In this document: one piece after another, positions 1 to 10,365 of the stretch
Layout of the letters: each line of letters starts with the position of its first letter
Position numbering within the stretch: the stretch's first letter is position 1
Source: a virus
Virus record (IMG/VR): IMGVR_UViG_3300045988_153198
Length of the DNA: 64,000 bases
Direction: 5' to 3' (one strand)
Notes under the pieces: model-generated
What the model saw: only the letters and a program-made list of their open reading frames with translations
Database searches by the model: none
Told to the model about the DNA's origin: nothing
Made by a program: the position numbers and the translations under genes

Positions 1-1
1 G

Positions 2-1081
2 AAATCTTCTTGGATTTACAATTTGTTAAATCTTGGTATTGATTGTGGTGAGAAGTTTGGAACAGTATTTTGTGAAATGATGGGCGGTTATTCTGAGGAA
101 CAGGCTGGATTAATTTATGCTCATGGCAAAAAAGAAGATGGTTCTGATGATTTTGAGACACAGATTCAGGTTGCTTGGGAAGATAGATTTAATGATGAGA
201 TTCTTGAGACAGTTGGTGATTTATCATTTTTAACTGTAGGACTTGAAAAGACTGATAAAGGAAGTACATTCTATAAGAAATTCCTTGCCCCTTATGATGC
301 AATCGCATATATCAAAGAGCATCTGGAAGATGGTATGGTAGTAAATGTTAAGGGTACTCTTAAATATTCAAGCTATCAGGATAAGGTTCAGGTCAGAAAA
401 AATGTAACAAGTATTGTACTTAGCAAAGCTGATGATGTTTCCAAGTATGCAGCAAGATTTACACAGTCTGTACTGCTTAATAAGGATTCTGCAAATCTGA
501 AAGATAATTACGATAAGGATAAGGGTGTTATGTATGTGGATGGCATCGTACTTGATTATCTGAAAGAGCTTAATGGGGTTGAAATTAAAGGTCAGTATCC
601 TTATAATAAGCAGTTTGAATATGAGTTCCCTGATATTACCAATCAGAAACAGTGTACAACAATTATGGAAAAGCTGTTTAAGGTTAAGAAAGGAATTAAT
701 CAGGTTACATTTGAAGGCGAATTTATTGAAGGTGGTGCTACAGTGAAGGCTACTCTGGACGATATTCCAGAAGATATTAAAGACCTAATTGCTTGTGGGG
801 TATTCACTGAAGAGGAAGCTCTTGCAAAGTGTTCATCTAATGGCGGTAGAGAACAGAGAATGATTCTTCGTAGACCAATGGTTAAACTGACTGGTGATGA
901 TAAGATTCCAGTTGTACAGAAATTTGAAGAGAAATATCAGGAAGATGATTTAATTCTTGATTATCTTAATGAAACAGTAGAGCAGAATGTAGAAAATGCT
1001 ATGAACGCACCTGAAGCAGATACATCTGCAACAACAGATGGTGGTTCTTCAGCAGATATGGATTGGCTTAACAATCTTTAA
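2..1081 (+). CDS. Replication-module protein, possible OB-fold ssDNA-binding protein; 5' end open at window edge
   Basis: Frame is open from nt 2, with no stop and no RBS before the TTG at 23, so it is probably truncated by the window. OB-fold-like stretch VVNVKGTLKYSSYQDKVQVRKNV. Acidic C-terminal tail ...SSADMDWLNNL. First gene of a helicase/primase/polymerase module. Confidence 0.45.
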   Translation, partial: KSSWIYNLLNLGIDCGEKFGTVFCEMMGGYSEEQAGLIYAHGKKEDGSDDFETQIQVAWEDRFNDEILETVGDLSFLTVGLEKTDKGSTFYKKFLAPYDAIAYIKEHLEDGMVVNVKGTLKYSSYQDKVQVRKNVTSIVLSKADDVSKYAARFTQSVLLNKDSANLKDNYDKDKGVMYVDGIVLDYLKELNGVEIKGQYPYNKQFEYEFPDITNQKQCTTIMEKLFKVKKGINQVTFEGEFIEGGATVKATLDDIPEDIKDLIACGVFTEEEALAKCSSNGGREQRMILRRPMVKLTGDDKIPVVQKFEEKYQEDDLILDYLNETVEQNVENAMNAPEADTSATTDGGSSADMDWLNNL

Positions 1082-1092
1082 AATACAGTATA

Positions 1093-1109
1093 ACTATTAA
1101 GGTTATACA
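1093..1109 (+). promoter_or_regulatory. Recurrent 17-mer ACTATTAAGGTTATACA, copy 1
   Basis: Exact consensus copy, in the direction of transcription. It is followed by a hairpin and the ATG at 1170. One of seven copies in the window. Confidence 0.5.
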
Positions 1110-1114
1110 TTAAC

Positions 1115-1141
1115 AGAGGAGAGATATATGCTCTCTCCTCT
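1115..1141 (+). terminator. Intergenic hairpin (weak terminator or attenuator)
   Basis: AGAGGAGAG (1115-1123) pairs with CTCTCCTCT (1133-1141), followed by TATATT. The U-tract is weak, so it may only be an RNA-stability or attenuator hairpin. Confidence 0.35.
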
Positions 1142-1169
1142 TATATTAAATAAAATTGGAGGATTCGAA

Positions 1170-2330
1170 ATGGCTAAATTCGGAAGAAAAAATCATGTAA
1201 ACTTAGACCCTTTATCATATTCTAGCTGCCTGTTAGGTGAAGCGAAAGTTGGAAAAACAACTCTGGTAAGACAGGTATGTGAAAAGCTTGTAGGTGAAGA
1301 TGGATATATGTTCTTAGAGTTAGGACAGGAGAGAGGTGCAGATGCAATTGAAGGTATTAACCATGTAAACTGCCCTGAATGGAATATGGAATTTGATGAG
1401 CTTACAAACTCTGCTGGTTTTGCAGATGTATGTGAAGATATTATTGAAAACAAATCAACAGAATATGCAGCTCTTAAAGTAGTTGTTTGGGATACATATG
1501 ACCAGCTTATCACTATTGCAGAACAGGAAGCTATTCGTCTTTGGAATAAAGAATGTAGAGAAAATCAGCATCCTGAAAAGTGTACAAAGAGTATCAATGC
1601 TGCTTGGGGTGGCTTTGGTAAAGGAGAAAAGAAGGCTATTGAGCTTATGTTCAATATGAAAGCCGAATTAAAGAAAGTAGGAGTTGAGACATTTGTTATT
1701 GGTCACGTAAAGACGAAAGATGTAACAGATGTTGTTTCAGGAGAAACTTATCAGACACTTACATCTGACCAGCAGCAGAATTATTTCAATGCTCTCAAGA
1801 AAAACCTTCATTTCCTTGGTCTTGCATATATTGACAGAACAATTGCAAAAGAGAAAACAGGTAAGAAAAATATTGTTACCAACAAGGAAGAGGTCAAGAA
1901 TGTTGTCAAAGATGAAAAGAGAAAGATTAAATTTAGAGATGATAACTATGCAGTAGATTCTGGTTCTCGTTTTGCTGATATTGTACCAGAGATTAATCTT
2001 GACCCAGATGAGTTTATCAAGGCAATTACAGATGCTATTTTAGCTGAACAGTCTAAATCTGGTAAGTCTCTTGAGGAAACAAAGGCTGAACAGGCAGCCA
2101 TTGAAAGTAAAAAAGAGGAAAAGGTTGCAGCTATGGAAGAGCAACATAAAACAGAAAAGGAGCTTGATGAAATTATTGCTGAGATTGTTGATTTCTTTAC
2201 AGCTCACAAATCTGACCTTACAGTGATTAAACCTATTATGGATGAGGTTAAATCAATGGGATATGCAAATCCGAAAGAAATTACTTCTGTTGAAGATGCT
2301 AAGAAGATTCTTGCTTTTACCCTTAAATAA
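1170..2330 (+). CDS. P-loop ATPase, AAA_24/Sak4-like replication-recombination ATPase
   Basis: Start moved to ATG 1170 (RBS TTGGAGGA upstream); the ATG at 1128 lies in the hairpin loop. Walker A GEAKVGKTT. Size and context fit phage AAA_24-type ATPases. Confidence 0.6.
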   Translation: MAKFGRKNHVNLDPLSYSSCLLGEAKVGKTTLVRQVCEKLVGEDGYMFLELGQERGADAIEGINHVNCPEWNMEFDELTNSAGFADVCEDIIENKSTEYAALKVVVWDTYDQLITIAEQEAIRLWNKECRENQHPEKCTKSINAAWGGFGKGEKKAIELMFNMKAELKKVGVETFVIGHVKTKDVTDVVSGETYQTLTSDQQQNYFNALKKNLHFLGLAYIDRTIAKEKTGKKNIVTNKEEVKNVVKDEKRKIKFRDDNYAVDSGSRFADIVPEINLDPDEFIKAITDAILAEQSKSGKSLEETKAEQAAIESKKEEKVAAMEEQHKTEKELDEIIAEIVDFFTAHKSDLTVIKPIMDEVKSMGYANPKEITSVEDAKKILAFTLK

Positions 2331-2397
2331 GATTTGCAATTAATATAAATCCCTCACGTTTTACGTGGGGGAAATTTCAAAAATAGGAGTAATAATT

Positions 2398-2865
2398 ATG
2401 GCAAGAACAACACGAAAACATATGTCAAAACAAGAAAAAGCTGACTGGGATGAACTGTATGAATATGTCAGAACAGAGGTTATGGGATATGACCAGAATC
2501 AATCTCTTTCGTCAGAAATGGTATTGAGATTAAAAGGACTACTGAGTAATAAATTTATGGAGAACAATCACATTCAGGATACTGCAAGTTACTCCTATAA
2601 AACAGTATTGAATACATTTAAGTATTGCTCATTAGATATTCAGAGGGGATTGAGTAGTAATTCATTTAGAGATGAAAGACATCGATTCAATTATGTGCTA
2701 AAGATTGTGGAGTCTAATCTCAATACAGTTTATACACGAATGAAAAATGCGGTTAAAGCAGAGGAAAAGACTCAGACAATGGATGTTAAAACTGCGACAC
2801 ATACAGGTGCTTCCTACCAACGTAAAACTAAAGAAACTTCAAGTAATTTAGAAGAGTTATGGTAG
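2398..2865 (+). CDS. Hypothetical replication-module protein
   Basis: ATG 2398 follows RBS AGGAG; the GTG at 2365 sits in a hairpin (CCCTCACG/CGTGGGGG). No domain recognised. C-terminus is ...NLEELW. Confidence 0.5.
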   Translation: MARTTRKHMSKQEKADWDELYEYVRTEVMGYDQNQSLSSEMVLRLKGLLSNKFMENNHIQDTASYSYKTVLNTFKYCSLDIQRGLSSNSFRDERHRFNYVLKIVESNLNTVYTRMKNAVKAEEKTQTMDVKTATHTGASYQRKTKETSSNLEELW

Positions 2866-2875
2866 GAGGTAAGTT

Positions 2876-4375
2876 ATGGCAGAGAAGAATCAAGTAAAAC
2901 TTACCGCATTTGAACAGGAAACAATTGATGCTGCCAAAAAGGTTTTGGAATATAAGATTGCTTCAGAAGCGAATGTTGTGAGTATTTTATATAAAAGTCC
3001 TGATGAAATTTATAATACAAATCTTACTATTGATGATTTCTCAAATAATGTCTGGAGAGTTTACTTTGAAATAGCTCATGAGATTATTTTGACAGAAAAG
3101 AAAAATGCCCTTGATGATATTACTATTGGAGTTTACCTAGAGAAACATCCCAAATTGAAGGCAAAATATACTGAATATGGAGAGTATGACACCATAAGGT
3201 CTGCTATGGAATACATAAAGGTAGAAAACCTACAGGGATATATTCAGGAGCTTAGAAAATGGAAGGCAGTTATTCAGTTATGCAAAAAGGGATTTCCAGT
3301 AAAAGAAAGACTTTCTGATTATGCAGATATGACTGCCGAAGATATTTACAATGAGTATTCTGCTTATTTGAATCATACTTTTGCCAATATTGATAGTGAT
3401 GTAAAATCATATGATATTTGTTATAAAATTCATGATTTAATTGAAAAATTAGATGCTGGAATTGCCATTGGTTTACCATATCATGATATGCCGATTTTGA
3501 GTAAAGAAACAGGCGGTCAATATATGGGGTCAATTACTTTGTTGGGTGGTGTATCTAATGCTGGTAAATCAACAGTAGCACGTTCTACTACAATTCCAAG
3601 TATCATTGAATTAAATGAAAAAATAGTAATTATGGTTAATGAGGATTCTCTTGCAAAATGGCAAAGAGAAATGTTGGTTTGGATTTGTAATAATATTTTC
3701 AAATATGACATTCAGAAGCACGTTGTTAGAGATGGTAAGTATGCACCTGATGTTAAAGCAATGCTTCATAAGGCAGCAGATTGGCTTGAAGAAAAAACTC
3801 AGAATCATATGATTACTGTTATTCCATTTGTTCAATATCAAACAGCAAAAGCAATTAAAGAAATCAGAAAATATGTAGCAATGGGTGTCAAATATTTTGT
3901 TCTTGATACTTTCAAAATGGATGCTGGAAAAGTAAGCGGAAATTCATGGTTGGAAATGCAACAGGCTATGGTAGACATTAAAGATACTGTAAAACAGGAA
4001 GCTTTAAATGTACATATCTTAATTACTTTCCAGTTGGAAAAGGGAAGTTCAGTAATGAGGTATTATACACAAAATAATATTGGACTTGCAAAGAATATTG
4101 TCGATGTAGCATCTACCTGTATTATGATTCGAGATGTTTTTGAAGATGAATATACAGATGAAAAGAGAGCGTTAAAAGTTTACAGATTGGAAGGTAAAAA
4201 TGGGAAATCTAAAATACCTGTCAAACTGGATAAAAATAAACGATACCAAGTATTTTTTATTGTGAAGAATCAGGAAGGAGCAGCAAACCAATTTCAGATA
4301 GTTGCAGAACATGATAAATCAAGGAATATTATCAATGAGGTTGGTATTACAAATATTTCACCCGATGGATTCTAA
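2876..4375 (+). CDS. DnaB-like replicative DNA helicase
   Basis: Walker A GGVSNAGKST, Walker-B-like FVLDTFK and a DnaB-type N-terminal region. Lies directly upstream of the primase. Confidence 0.8.
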   Translation: MAEKNQVKLTAFEQETIDAAKKVLEYKIASEANVVSILYKSPDEIYNTNLTIDDFSNNVWRVYFEIAHEIILTEKKNALDDITIGVYLEKHPKLKAKYTEYGEYDTIRSAMEYIKVENLQGYIQELRKWKAVIQLCKKGFPVKERLSDYADMTAEDIYNEYSAYLNHTFANIDSDVKSYDICYKIHDLIEKLDAGIAIGLPYHDMPILSKETGGQYMGSITLLGGVSNAGKSTVARSTTIPSIIELNEKIVIMVNEDSLAKWQREMLVWICNNIFKYDIQKHVVRDGKYAPDVKAMLHKAADWLEEKTQNHMITVIPFVQYQTAKAIKEIRKYVAMGVKYFVLDTFKMDAGKVSGNSWLEMQQAMVDIKDTVKQEALNVHILITFQLEKGSSVMRYYTQNNIGLAKNIVDVASTCIMIRDVFEDEYTDEKRALKVYRLEGKNGKSKIPVKLDKNKRYQVFFIVKNQEGAANQFQIVAEHDKSRNIINEVGITNISPDGF

Positions 4376-4389
4376 TACGGAGGTGTGTA

Positions 4390-5463
4390 ATGGATACTAT
4401 TTCATTGAAAAAATATATCTATGATAATCAAAAAATTGAATTTGTATTAGATGAGATTGGATGTAAAAACATCAAATATCATGATAATAAAGAGTTTTAT
4501 TCGTGTTCAAACTATAATGGAGATAATGTAGGTGCTGTAAATGTAAAAAATAATCAATATCTAAATGTTGTCAACTGGACAAGACAAAAAGAGTTTGATG
4601 ATAACTCCGATATTATTACATTAGTGGAATATAATAAAAACATTTCTTTTTTGGAAGCTGTTAAATATTTGCATAAGATACTTGGTTTGGATTTCAAATA
4701 TTCCAAACCTATAAAAACTCAAAAAGTTTCCGAACAAAATGTTGCATTAAGTTTTTTAGCAAAACACAGAAGTAGAAAGCGAGTAGATGTATCAAATATT
4801 CAGACAATAGACGAAGATTTGTTAAATGATTATATTCCACTTTTATATATAGGATGGCTAAGAGAGGGTGTAATGCCTTGGACAGCGAAAAAGTTTGGAT
4901 TGGCATATTCATATAAACGAAAAAGGGTAATTATTCCAATGAGATATTGGATTACAGGGGAACTACTTGGTATCAACAGTAGAACAACTGTAGAAAATTA
5001 TGAAGAGTTGGGAATAAAAAAATTCTTCATTACTCCATCATATCAAAAAAGCTTAAATCTGTTTGGATTATATGAAAATTATGATTCAATTCAAAAAGCA
5101 AAACAGGTTACAGTTGTTGAAGCTGAGAAATCTGTATTGAAAAGAGATAGCTTAAATGATTCAACATTGGTTGCTTTAAGTGGACATACAATGTCAGAGG
5201 AACAGGCAGCTATTTTAATTGGTCTAAATGTTGATATTGTAATCGCATTAGACAAAGATGTGCCGATTGAAGAAGTTTGGGATATATGTGAGAAATTTTA
5301 TAACAAGAGAAACGTATATTACATTCAAGACAAATGGGATTTATTGAAAGAAAAAGATAGTCCAGCAGATGCTAAGAATAAAATATACGATTTTCTGATG
5401 AAATATAAGGTTAAATATGATGCGGAGCATCATAGAAAATACCTTAAAAGTTTGCAAAAGTAG
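4390..5463 (+). CDS. Toprim-domain DNA primase
   Basis: Toprim signatures VTVVEAEKS (Glu) and IALDKDV (DxD). Adjacent to the helicase. Confidence 0.7.
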   Translation: MDTISLKKYIYDNQKIEFVLDEIGCKNIKYHDNKEFYSCSNYNGDNVGAVNVKNNQYLNVVNWTRQKEFDDNSDIITLVEYNKNISFLEAVKYLHKILGLDFKYSKPIKTQKVSEQNVALSFLAKHRSRKRVDVSNIQTIDEDLLNDYIPLLYIGWLREGVMPWTAKKFGLAYSYKRKRVIIPMRYWITGELLGINSRTTVENYEELGIKKFFITPSYQKSLNLFGLYENYDSIQKAKQVTVVEAEKSVLKRDSLNDSTLVALSGHTMSEEQAAILIGLNVDIVIALDKDVPIEEVWDICEKFYNKRNVYYIQDKWDLLKEKDSPADAKNKIYDFLMKYKVKYDAEHHRKYLKSLQK

Positions 5464-5472
5464 GAGGTACAT

Positions 5473-6681
5473 ATGGCAAGATTAACAAGTGAAGAACTGC
5501 AAACTCTTATGAAAAATGAGGGAGTCAGTAGAATATGGTCTTGGTCAAAATGGAATTGCTTTCATACAAGTCCATATGAGTATTTTTTGAAGTATATTCT
5601 TCATAAAAAAGAAGATAGAACTGACTGTATTTATACAACAACAGGTGGTATTGCACATGATATTATGGAAAGAAGATATACTGGCAAATTACCATATGAG
5701 CAAATGATAGACGATTTTGAAGATGGTTGGGTTACCGCATTTAATATTGCGGAAATGAAATTCGATAGAAATTCACCTGAAAAAAATGATAAGATTTCTC
5801 AGAAGTATTATGAAAATCTGAAACATTTCTTTATGAATCATACTCCATTAAAATATAAACCTGTTATTGAACAATTTGTGAAAGCCAAAATCGGTGATAA
5901 TTTATTTCAGGGGTATATTGATGTTTGTTTTAAGGATGATGAAGGAAATTTCAATATTTTGGATTGGAAAACAAGCAGCATATATAAAGGCAAAAAGGCT
6001 GAGAATGAGTGCGGTCAGTTAGTTGTATATGCAATTGGTTTAAACCAACAGGGAGTTCCAATGGATAAGATTCATATTTGCTGGAATTTCCTTAAATATG
6101 TTTCTATTCAATATGAACAGGCGAATGGTGCAGTAAAAACCAGAGAGGTTGAGAGATGTAAAATTGGTGAAAGCCTTCAAACAAATGCAAAGATGTGGTT
6201 AAAGAAATTAGGATATACTGACCAAGTAGACGATTATCTTAAACTGCTTTTAGATACAAATGATATTAAATGTTTGCCGAAAGAAGTACAGGAGAAATAT
6301 ATTATTTCTGATTGTTATGTATATGTACCACTGACAGACGAACTTATCAATAGATGGAAAGAAACTATTATTTCCACTATTAATGATATTGAATTAAGAG
6401 AAAAGGATTATGAGGAGACTCATAGCGATAAAGCATTTTGGGATACAGATGAATCTGTTGAAGCTCAGAGTTATTATTTTTCTACGCTTTGTGGCTATTC
6501 TCCAAATTTACATTTACCATATAAAGCATATCTTGAAAGAACAGAAAAAGCTAAAGACGGAGATGTATTTTCTGGTGTTGGTAGTTCTACTGTAGAAAGT
6601 AGTCCAGTAGCACAAACTAATAAGGTTATACATCATAAAGACACTGAAAACGTGGATTTATCATGGCTTGATAATATTTGA
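5473..6681 (+). CDS. PD-(D/E)XK (RecB/Cas4-like) nuclease
   Basis: Motifs GGIAHD, IDVCF...ILDWKTS (D...ExK type) and QLVVYA (QxxxY). C-terminal tail ...VDLSWLDNI. Confidence 0.65.
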   Translation: MARLTSEELQTLMKNEGVSRIWSWSKWNCFHTSPYEYFLKYILHKKEDRTDCIYTTTGGIAHDIMERRYTGKLPYEQMIDDFEDGWVTAFNIAEMKFDRNSPEKNDKISQKYYENLKHFFMNHTPLKYKPVIEQFVKAKIGDNLFQGYIDVCFKDDEGNFNILDWKTSSIYKGKKAENECGQLVVYAIGLNQQGVPMDKIHICWNFLKYVSIQYEQANGAVKTREVERCKIGESLQTNAKMWLKKLGYTDQVDDYLKLLLDTNDIKCLPKEVQEKYIISDCYVYVPLTDELINRWKETIISTINDIELREKDYEETHSDKAFWDTDESVEAQSYYFSTLCGYSPNLHLPYKAYLERTEKAKDGDVFSGVGSSTVESSPVAQTNKVIHHKDTENVDLSWLDNI

Positions 6682-6730
6682 TGCAAAATGGGGAGATGTA
6701 AAAAGCTTTAAATTAAGGCTCTCATTTCCC

Positions 6731-6750
6731 CATAAAAACCAAATTTTATG
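6731..6750. promoter_or_regulatory. AT-rich palindrome CATAAAA-N6-TTTTATG, copy a
   Basis: 7-bp inverted repeat about 25 nt upstream of the polymerase start. Related palindromes occur at 19921-19940 and 31897-31916. Confidence 0.4.
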
Positions 6751-6774
6751 TGCATTTTGAGTGGAGGAAATGTA

Positions 6775-9700
6775 ATGGATAATGTAACACAAAAAACAAT
6801 TCCATACAATGTTCTCAACTATGACAATTACACAGTTTATCATCTACACAGTGATTATTCTAATGCAAATGGATATGCAGATTCCTGTTCTAAGTTTAAA
6901 GAATATATCAAACTTGCAAAGAAGCAAAACATGAAGGCATTAGCCTTTTCAGAACATGGAAATTGCTACGACTGGATAAAGAAAAAACAGGAATGTGATA
7001 AAGCTGGTATCAAATATATTCATGGTGTTGAAATGTATTTGTGTACTGAGCTACAGGACGATGATAGAGGTGGTCATATTGGATTGTATGCAAGGAACTG
7101 GGATGGAGTTCTTGAAATCAATAAATTACTTTCAGTATCTACCTTAAAAGGTAAACTTGAAGATAAAAGCGATAGACATATGTATCATAATCCAAGAATT
7201 TCTTTGAAAGAACTTATGGGTACAAGTGATAATGTTATTATTACCTCTGCCTGTTTAGCATCACCATTAAATAAATGGGATACCGCTGAAAGAAGAGAAG
7301 CTTTTCAGACATTGGTTAAATGGATGGTGAAAAATAAGCATAGATGCTTCTTAGAGGTACAATATCATAATTGTGAAAATCAGAAAATTTACAATAAGAA
7401 AATGTATTTCTATAGCAAGAAAACAGGTATTCCGCTTATTGCTGGTACAGATACACATTCATCCAGTCCATATAAAGCAGAGTGCAGAAAGATTTTACAG
7501 AAATACAAAGATAGCTTTTATGGTGAAGAGGACGAATTTGATTTAACTTGGAAAACATATGAAGAGTTGATTGCTGCATTTAAAGCCCAGAATTGTTTAC
7601 CAGAAGAAGTGTATATGGAAGCTATTAGAAATACTAATGTGCTTGCAGATATGGTAGAAGAATTTACTTTAGATAAAGCATTTAAGTATCCTACATTATA
7701 TGGTGATAATGTAAGAGAACAGTGGAAACAGTTGATTTACACTAACTTTGATGAAAAGTGTAGAAATGGAAAGTTGAAATTACCTTCCAAAATATTGAAA
7801 GAGTGTAATGAATATTTTTCAGAACATCCAATTACACCTACAGATGAGTCCGAAAGAGAAATTTATGAGAACTATAAAGAAAATCTTGAATGGGCGAATA
7901 CACATACTGATGCAGAAATAATTGAACAGTATAAGAAAAAGATTATTGAGGAATTTAAGGTTATGTGTAAGCTTGGTATGGAATCATTTATGATGTTTAT
8001 GTCAGAGTTGATTTCATGGGCTAAAGATAATGATATTCCTTGTGGTACAGGAAGAGGTTCTGTATGTGGTAGTATGATTGCTTTTATTACAAATATTACC
8101 GATGTAGACCCTATGGTGTGGAATACTGTATTTTCACGATTCTGTAATGAAGATAGAATTTCTCTTGGTGATATTGATGTAGACTTTGCTGGTGAGGATA
8201 GAGAAAAAGTTTATGCATATATTATCAAACGATTTACTCCTGAGAAAACAGCTTATATTGCTGCATTTTCAACTTTACAGGATAGAGGATGTATTGATGT
8301 GCTTGCTGGCGGTTTAGGATATAAAGACCTTGATAAAGTAATGGAAATCAAGAACAAATTTGATGAATACTTTTCAAGATATTCCAAAATTGTACAGGAA
8401 GAAGTAAATACTGAGGAACTTGTAGAAAATGGAGAAACCGAAACAGGTTCTATTTCATTTGATAATCACAAAGTATATATGCTTCATATTGCACAAGAAA
8501 AACAGAGAAAACAGCTTGACGTTATCAAAAAATCATATGATAAATTAATTGCAGAAAATCAGGATTTATTCTATTACTTGAATGGTCTGAAAGATACTAT
8601 CGTTGCAAAAGGTACTCATCCAAGTGGTATTATCGGTTCTCCGATTACTTTGGCAGATAATATTGGACTTTTCTATAAGGATGGAGATTCAGAAATGCCT
8701 GTTTCCATTTGTGCAATGAAGGCAGTAGATTCATTGAACTATGTTAAGTTTGATATTCTTGGATTAAAAACAGTAGGTATTATCAAAGATGCTTGTAAAT
8801 ATGCTGGTATTCCATATCCGAAGTCATACGAATTGAATTGGAATGACCCAAAGGTATGGCATAATATGATTACAGCTCAACAGGGAGTATTCCAATTTGA
8901 GGGTGATTATGCTTTCTCATTGTTAAAAGATTTCAAACCAAATACTATCAACCATATGAGTATGGTTAATGCAGCTCTTAGACCTTCAGGAAAATCATAT
9001 AGGGATAGAATGATTGCTGGAGAGCATAATGATAACCCTTCCAAGGAAATTGATGATTTACTTGCAAGTAACAATGGCTATCTTATTTTTCAGGAAGATA
9101 CCATTAAATTCTTGACAGATATTTGTGGTTTTACTGGTTCGGCAGCAGATACTACACGAAGAGCTATTGGTAAAAAGGACAAAGAGTTGTTAAAGCAACA
9201 GCTTCCTAAGATTCTGGAAGGATATTGTAGTCATTCATCACAACCAAGAGTTAAAGCAGAAGCGGAAGCAAAACAATTTGTACAGATTGTACAGGATTCA
9301 TCCGAGTATCAATTTGGATATAATCATTCTACCGCTTATTCTATGAATGGTTATGAGTGTGTGTGGTTGAGAACCTATTATACAATAGAATTTGTTGCTG
9401 CGTATCTTAACAGAGCTGAAAATAAAGATGATACCAATTATGGTATTGAATTGGCAAGAATGAATGACATCAAAATTAAGCCTATTCAGTTTGGCAAATC
9501 TATGGATGAATATGCTATTGAGAGAGAAACAAACTCTATTTATAAAGGTATTGCATCTATAAAATATTGTAATTCCATTATTGCAAAGGAATTGTTAGAG
9601 GTTTCTAAACAAAAGAAATATACGTCATTTATTGATTTGTTAGATGATATTGCGAAAACTTCTGTCAATAATAGACAGTTAAATATTCTGACAGGCTTAG

Positions 9701-10329
9701 ACTTCTTTTCTGAATTTGGTAAAAATAAAAAACTGTTACAGATTATCAAACTTTATAATGGTATTAAAATGAAACCAGAAGGAGCAAAGAGTCCTAAAAC
9801 TATTTTGCCATCATTAAGAACGTGCAGTCAAATCAAAAAAGATAAGTTAGAAAGCTATGCTGAATATGGTTTAACAGAATATCTTGTGAAAAAATATGCT
9901 GGAAAAGAAACTGCAAAACAGTATAGTCAGATTGATAATGTAGGTCTATTGAATGAAATGGCAAATAGAATTGCCGATGAATCAATGTCAATTATGGAAC
10001 AGGTGCGATTTGAAAAAGAATATTTGGAGTATGTTACATATGTAAATCCTAAAATGGCAGATTATTACTATATTGTAGTGGATTACAAGACATACAAAGA
10101 TGAAACCAAACCATATATGACTTTGCGTAATATAAAAACAGGTGAAGAAACAAAAACCCGAATCAAACAAAGTAAAATATACAAACAACAACCATTTGGA
10201 GAGTTTTCAATTTTAAAAATAGAAGGATTCACAATGGATTTTAAAAAGAAATTGATTAACGGACAGTGGACAAGTACAGATGAACAAGAGCCAATTCTTG
10301 AAGAGTACGAAGTAATTAAAAAACAATAA
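6775..10329 (+). CDS. dnaE: DNA polymerase III alpha subunit (DnaE-type, with PHP domain)
   Basis: PHP motifs HLHSDYS, FSEHGN and GTDTHS. Polymerase core motifs GRGSVCGS and GDIDVDF. Start set to ATG 6775 behind RBS GGAGGAAA. Confidence 0.85.
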   Translation: MDNVTQKTIPYNVLNYDNYTVYHLHSDYSNANGYADSCSKFKEYIKLAKKQNMKALAFSEHGNCYDWIKKKQECDKAGIKYIHGVEMYLCTELQDDDRGGHIGLYARNWDGVLEINKLLSVSTLKGKLEDKSDRHMYHNPRISLKELMGTSDNVIITSACLASPLNKWDTAERREAFQTLVKWMVKNKHRCFLEVQYHNCENQKIYNKKMYFYSKKTGIPLIAGTDTHSSSPYKAECRKILQKYKDSFYGEEDEFDLTWKTYEELIAAFKAQNCLPEEVYMEAIRNTNVLADMVEEFTLDKAFKYPTLYGDNVREQWKQLIYTNFDEKCRNGKLKLPSKILKECNEYFSEHPITPTDESEREIYENYKENLEWANTHTDAEIIEQYKKKIIEEFKVMCKLGMESFMMFMSELISWAKDNDIPCGTGRGSVCGSMIAFITNITDVDPMVWNTVFSRFCNEDRISLGDIDVDFAGEDREKVYAYIIKRFTPEKTAYIAAFSTLQDRGCIDVLAGGLGYKDLDKVMEIKNKFDEYFSRYSKIVQEEVNTEELVENGETETGSISFDNHKVYMLHIAQEKQRKQLDVIKKSYDKLIAENQDLFYYLNGLKDTIVAKGTHPSGIIGSPITLADNIGLFYKDGDSEMPVSICAMKAVDSLNYVKFDILGLKTVGIIKDACKYAGIPYPKSYELNWNDPKVWHNMITAQQGVFQFEGDYAFSLLKDFKPNTINHMSMVNAALRPSGKSYRDRMIAGEHNDNPSKEIDDLLASNNGYLIFQEDTIKFLTDICGFTGSAADTTRRAIGKKDKELLKQQLPKILEGYCSHSSQPRVKAEAEAKQFVQIVQDSSEYQFGYNHSTAYSMNGYECVWLRTYYTIEFVAAYLNRAENKDDTNYGIELARMNDIKIKPIQFGKSMDEYAIERETNSIYKGIASIKYCNSIIAKELLEVSKQKKYTSFIDLLDDIAKTSVNNRQLNILTGLDFFSEFGKNKKLLQIIKLYNGIKMKPEGAKSPKTILPSLRTCSQIKKDKLESYAEYGLTEYLVKKYAGKETAKQYSQIDNVGLLNEMANRIADESMSIMEQVRFEKEYLEYVTYVNPKMADYYYIVVDYKTYKDETKPYMTLRNIKTGEETKTRIKQSKIYKQQPFGEFSILKIEGFTMDFKKKLINGQWTSTDEQEPILEEYEVIKKQ

Positions 10330-10345
10330 TAATTAAGGTTATACA
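10329..10345 (+). promoter_or_regulatory. Recurrent 17-mer, copy 2 (ATAATTAAGGTTATACA)
   Basis: 15/17 match to consensus, 21 nt upstream of the ATG at 10366. Confidence 0.5.
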
Positions 10346-10365
10346 CCAAGAAGGGAAATATGTAA

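Noticed and set aside
1128-1169. ATG 1128 as the start of the ATPase
   Set aside because: The codon lies in the loop of the intergenic hairpin and has no properly spaced RBS. ATG 1170 is preceded by TTGGAGGA.
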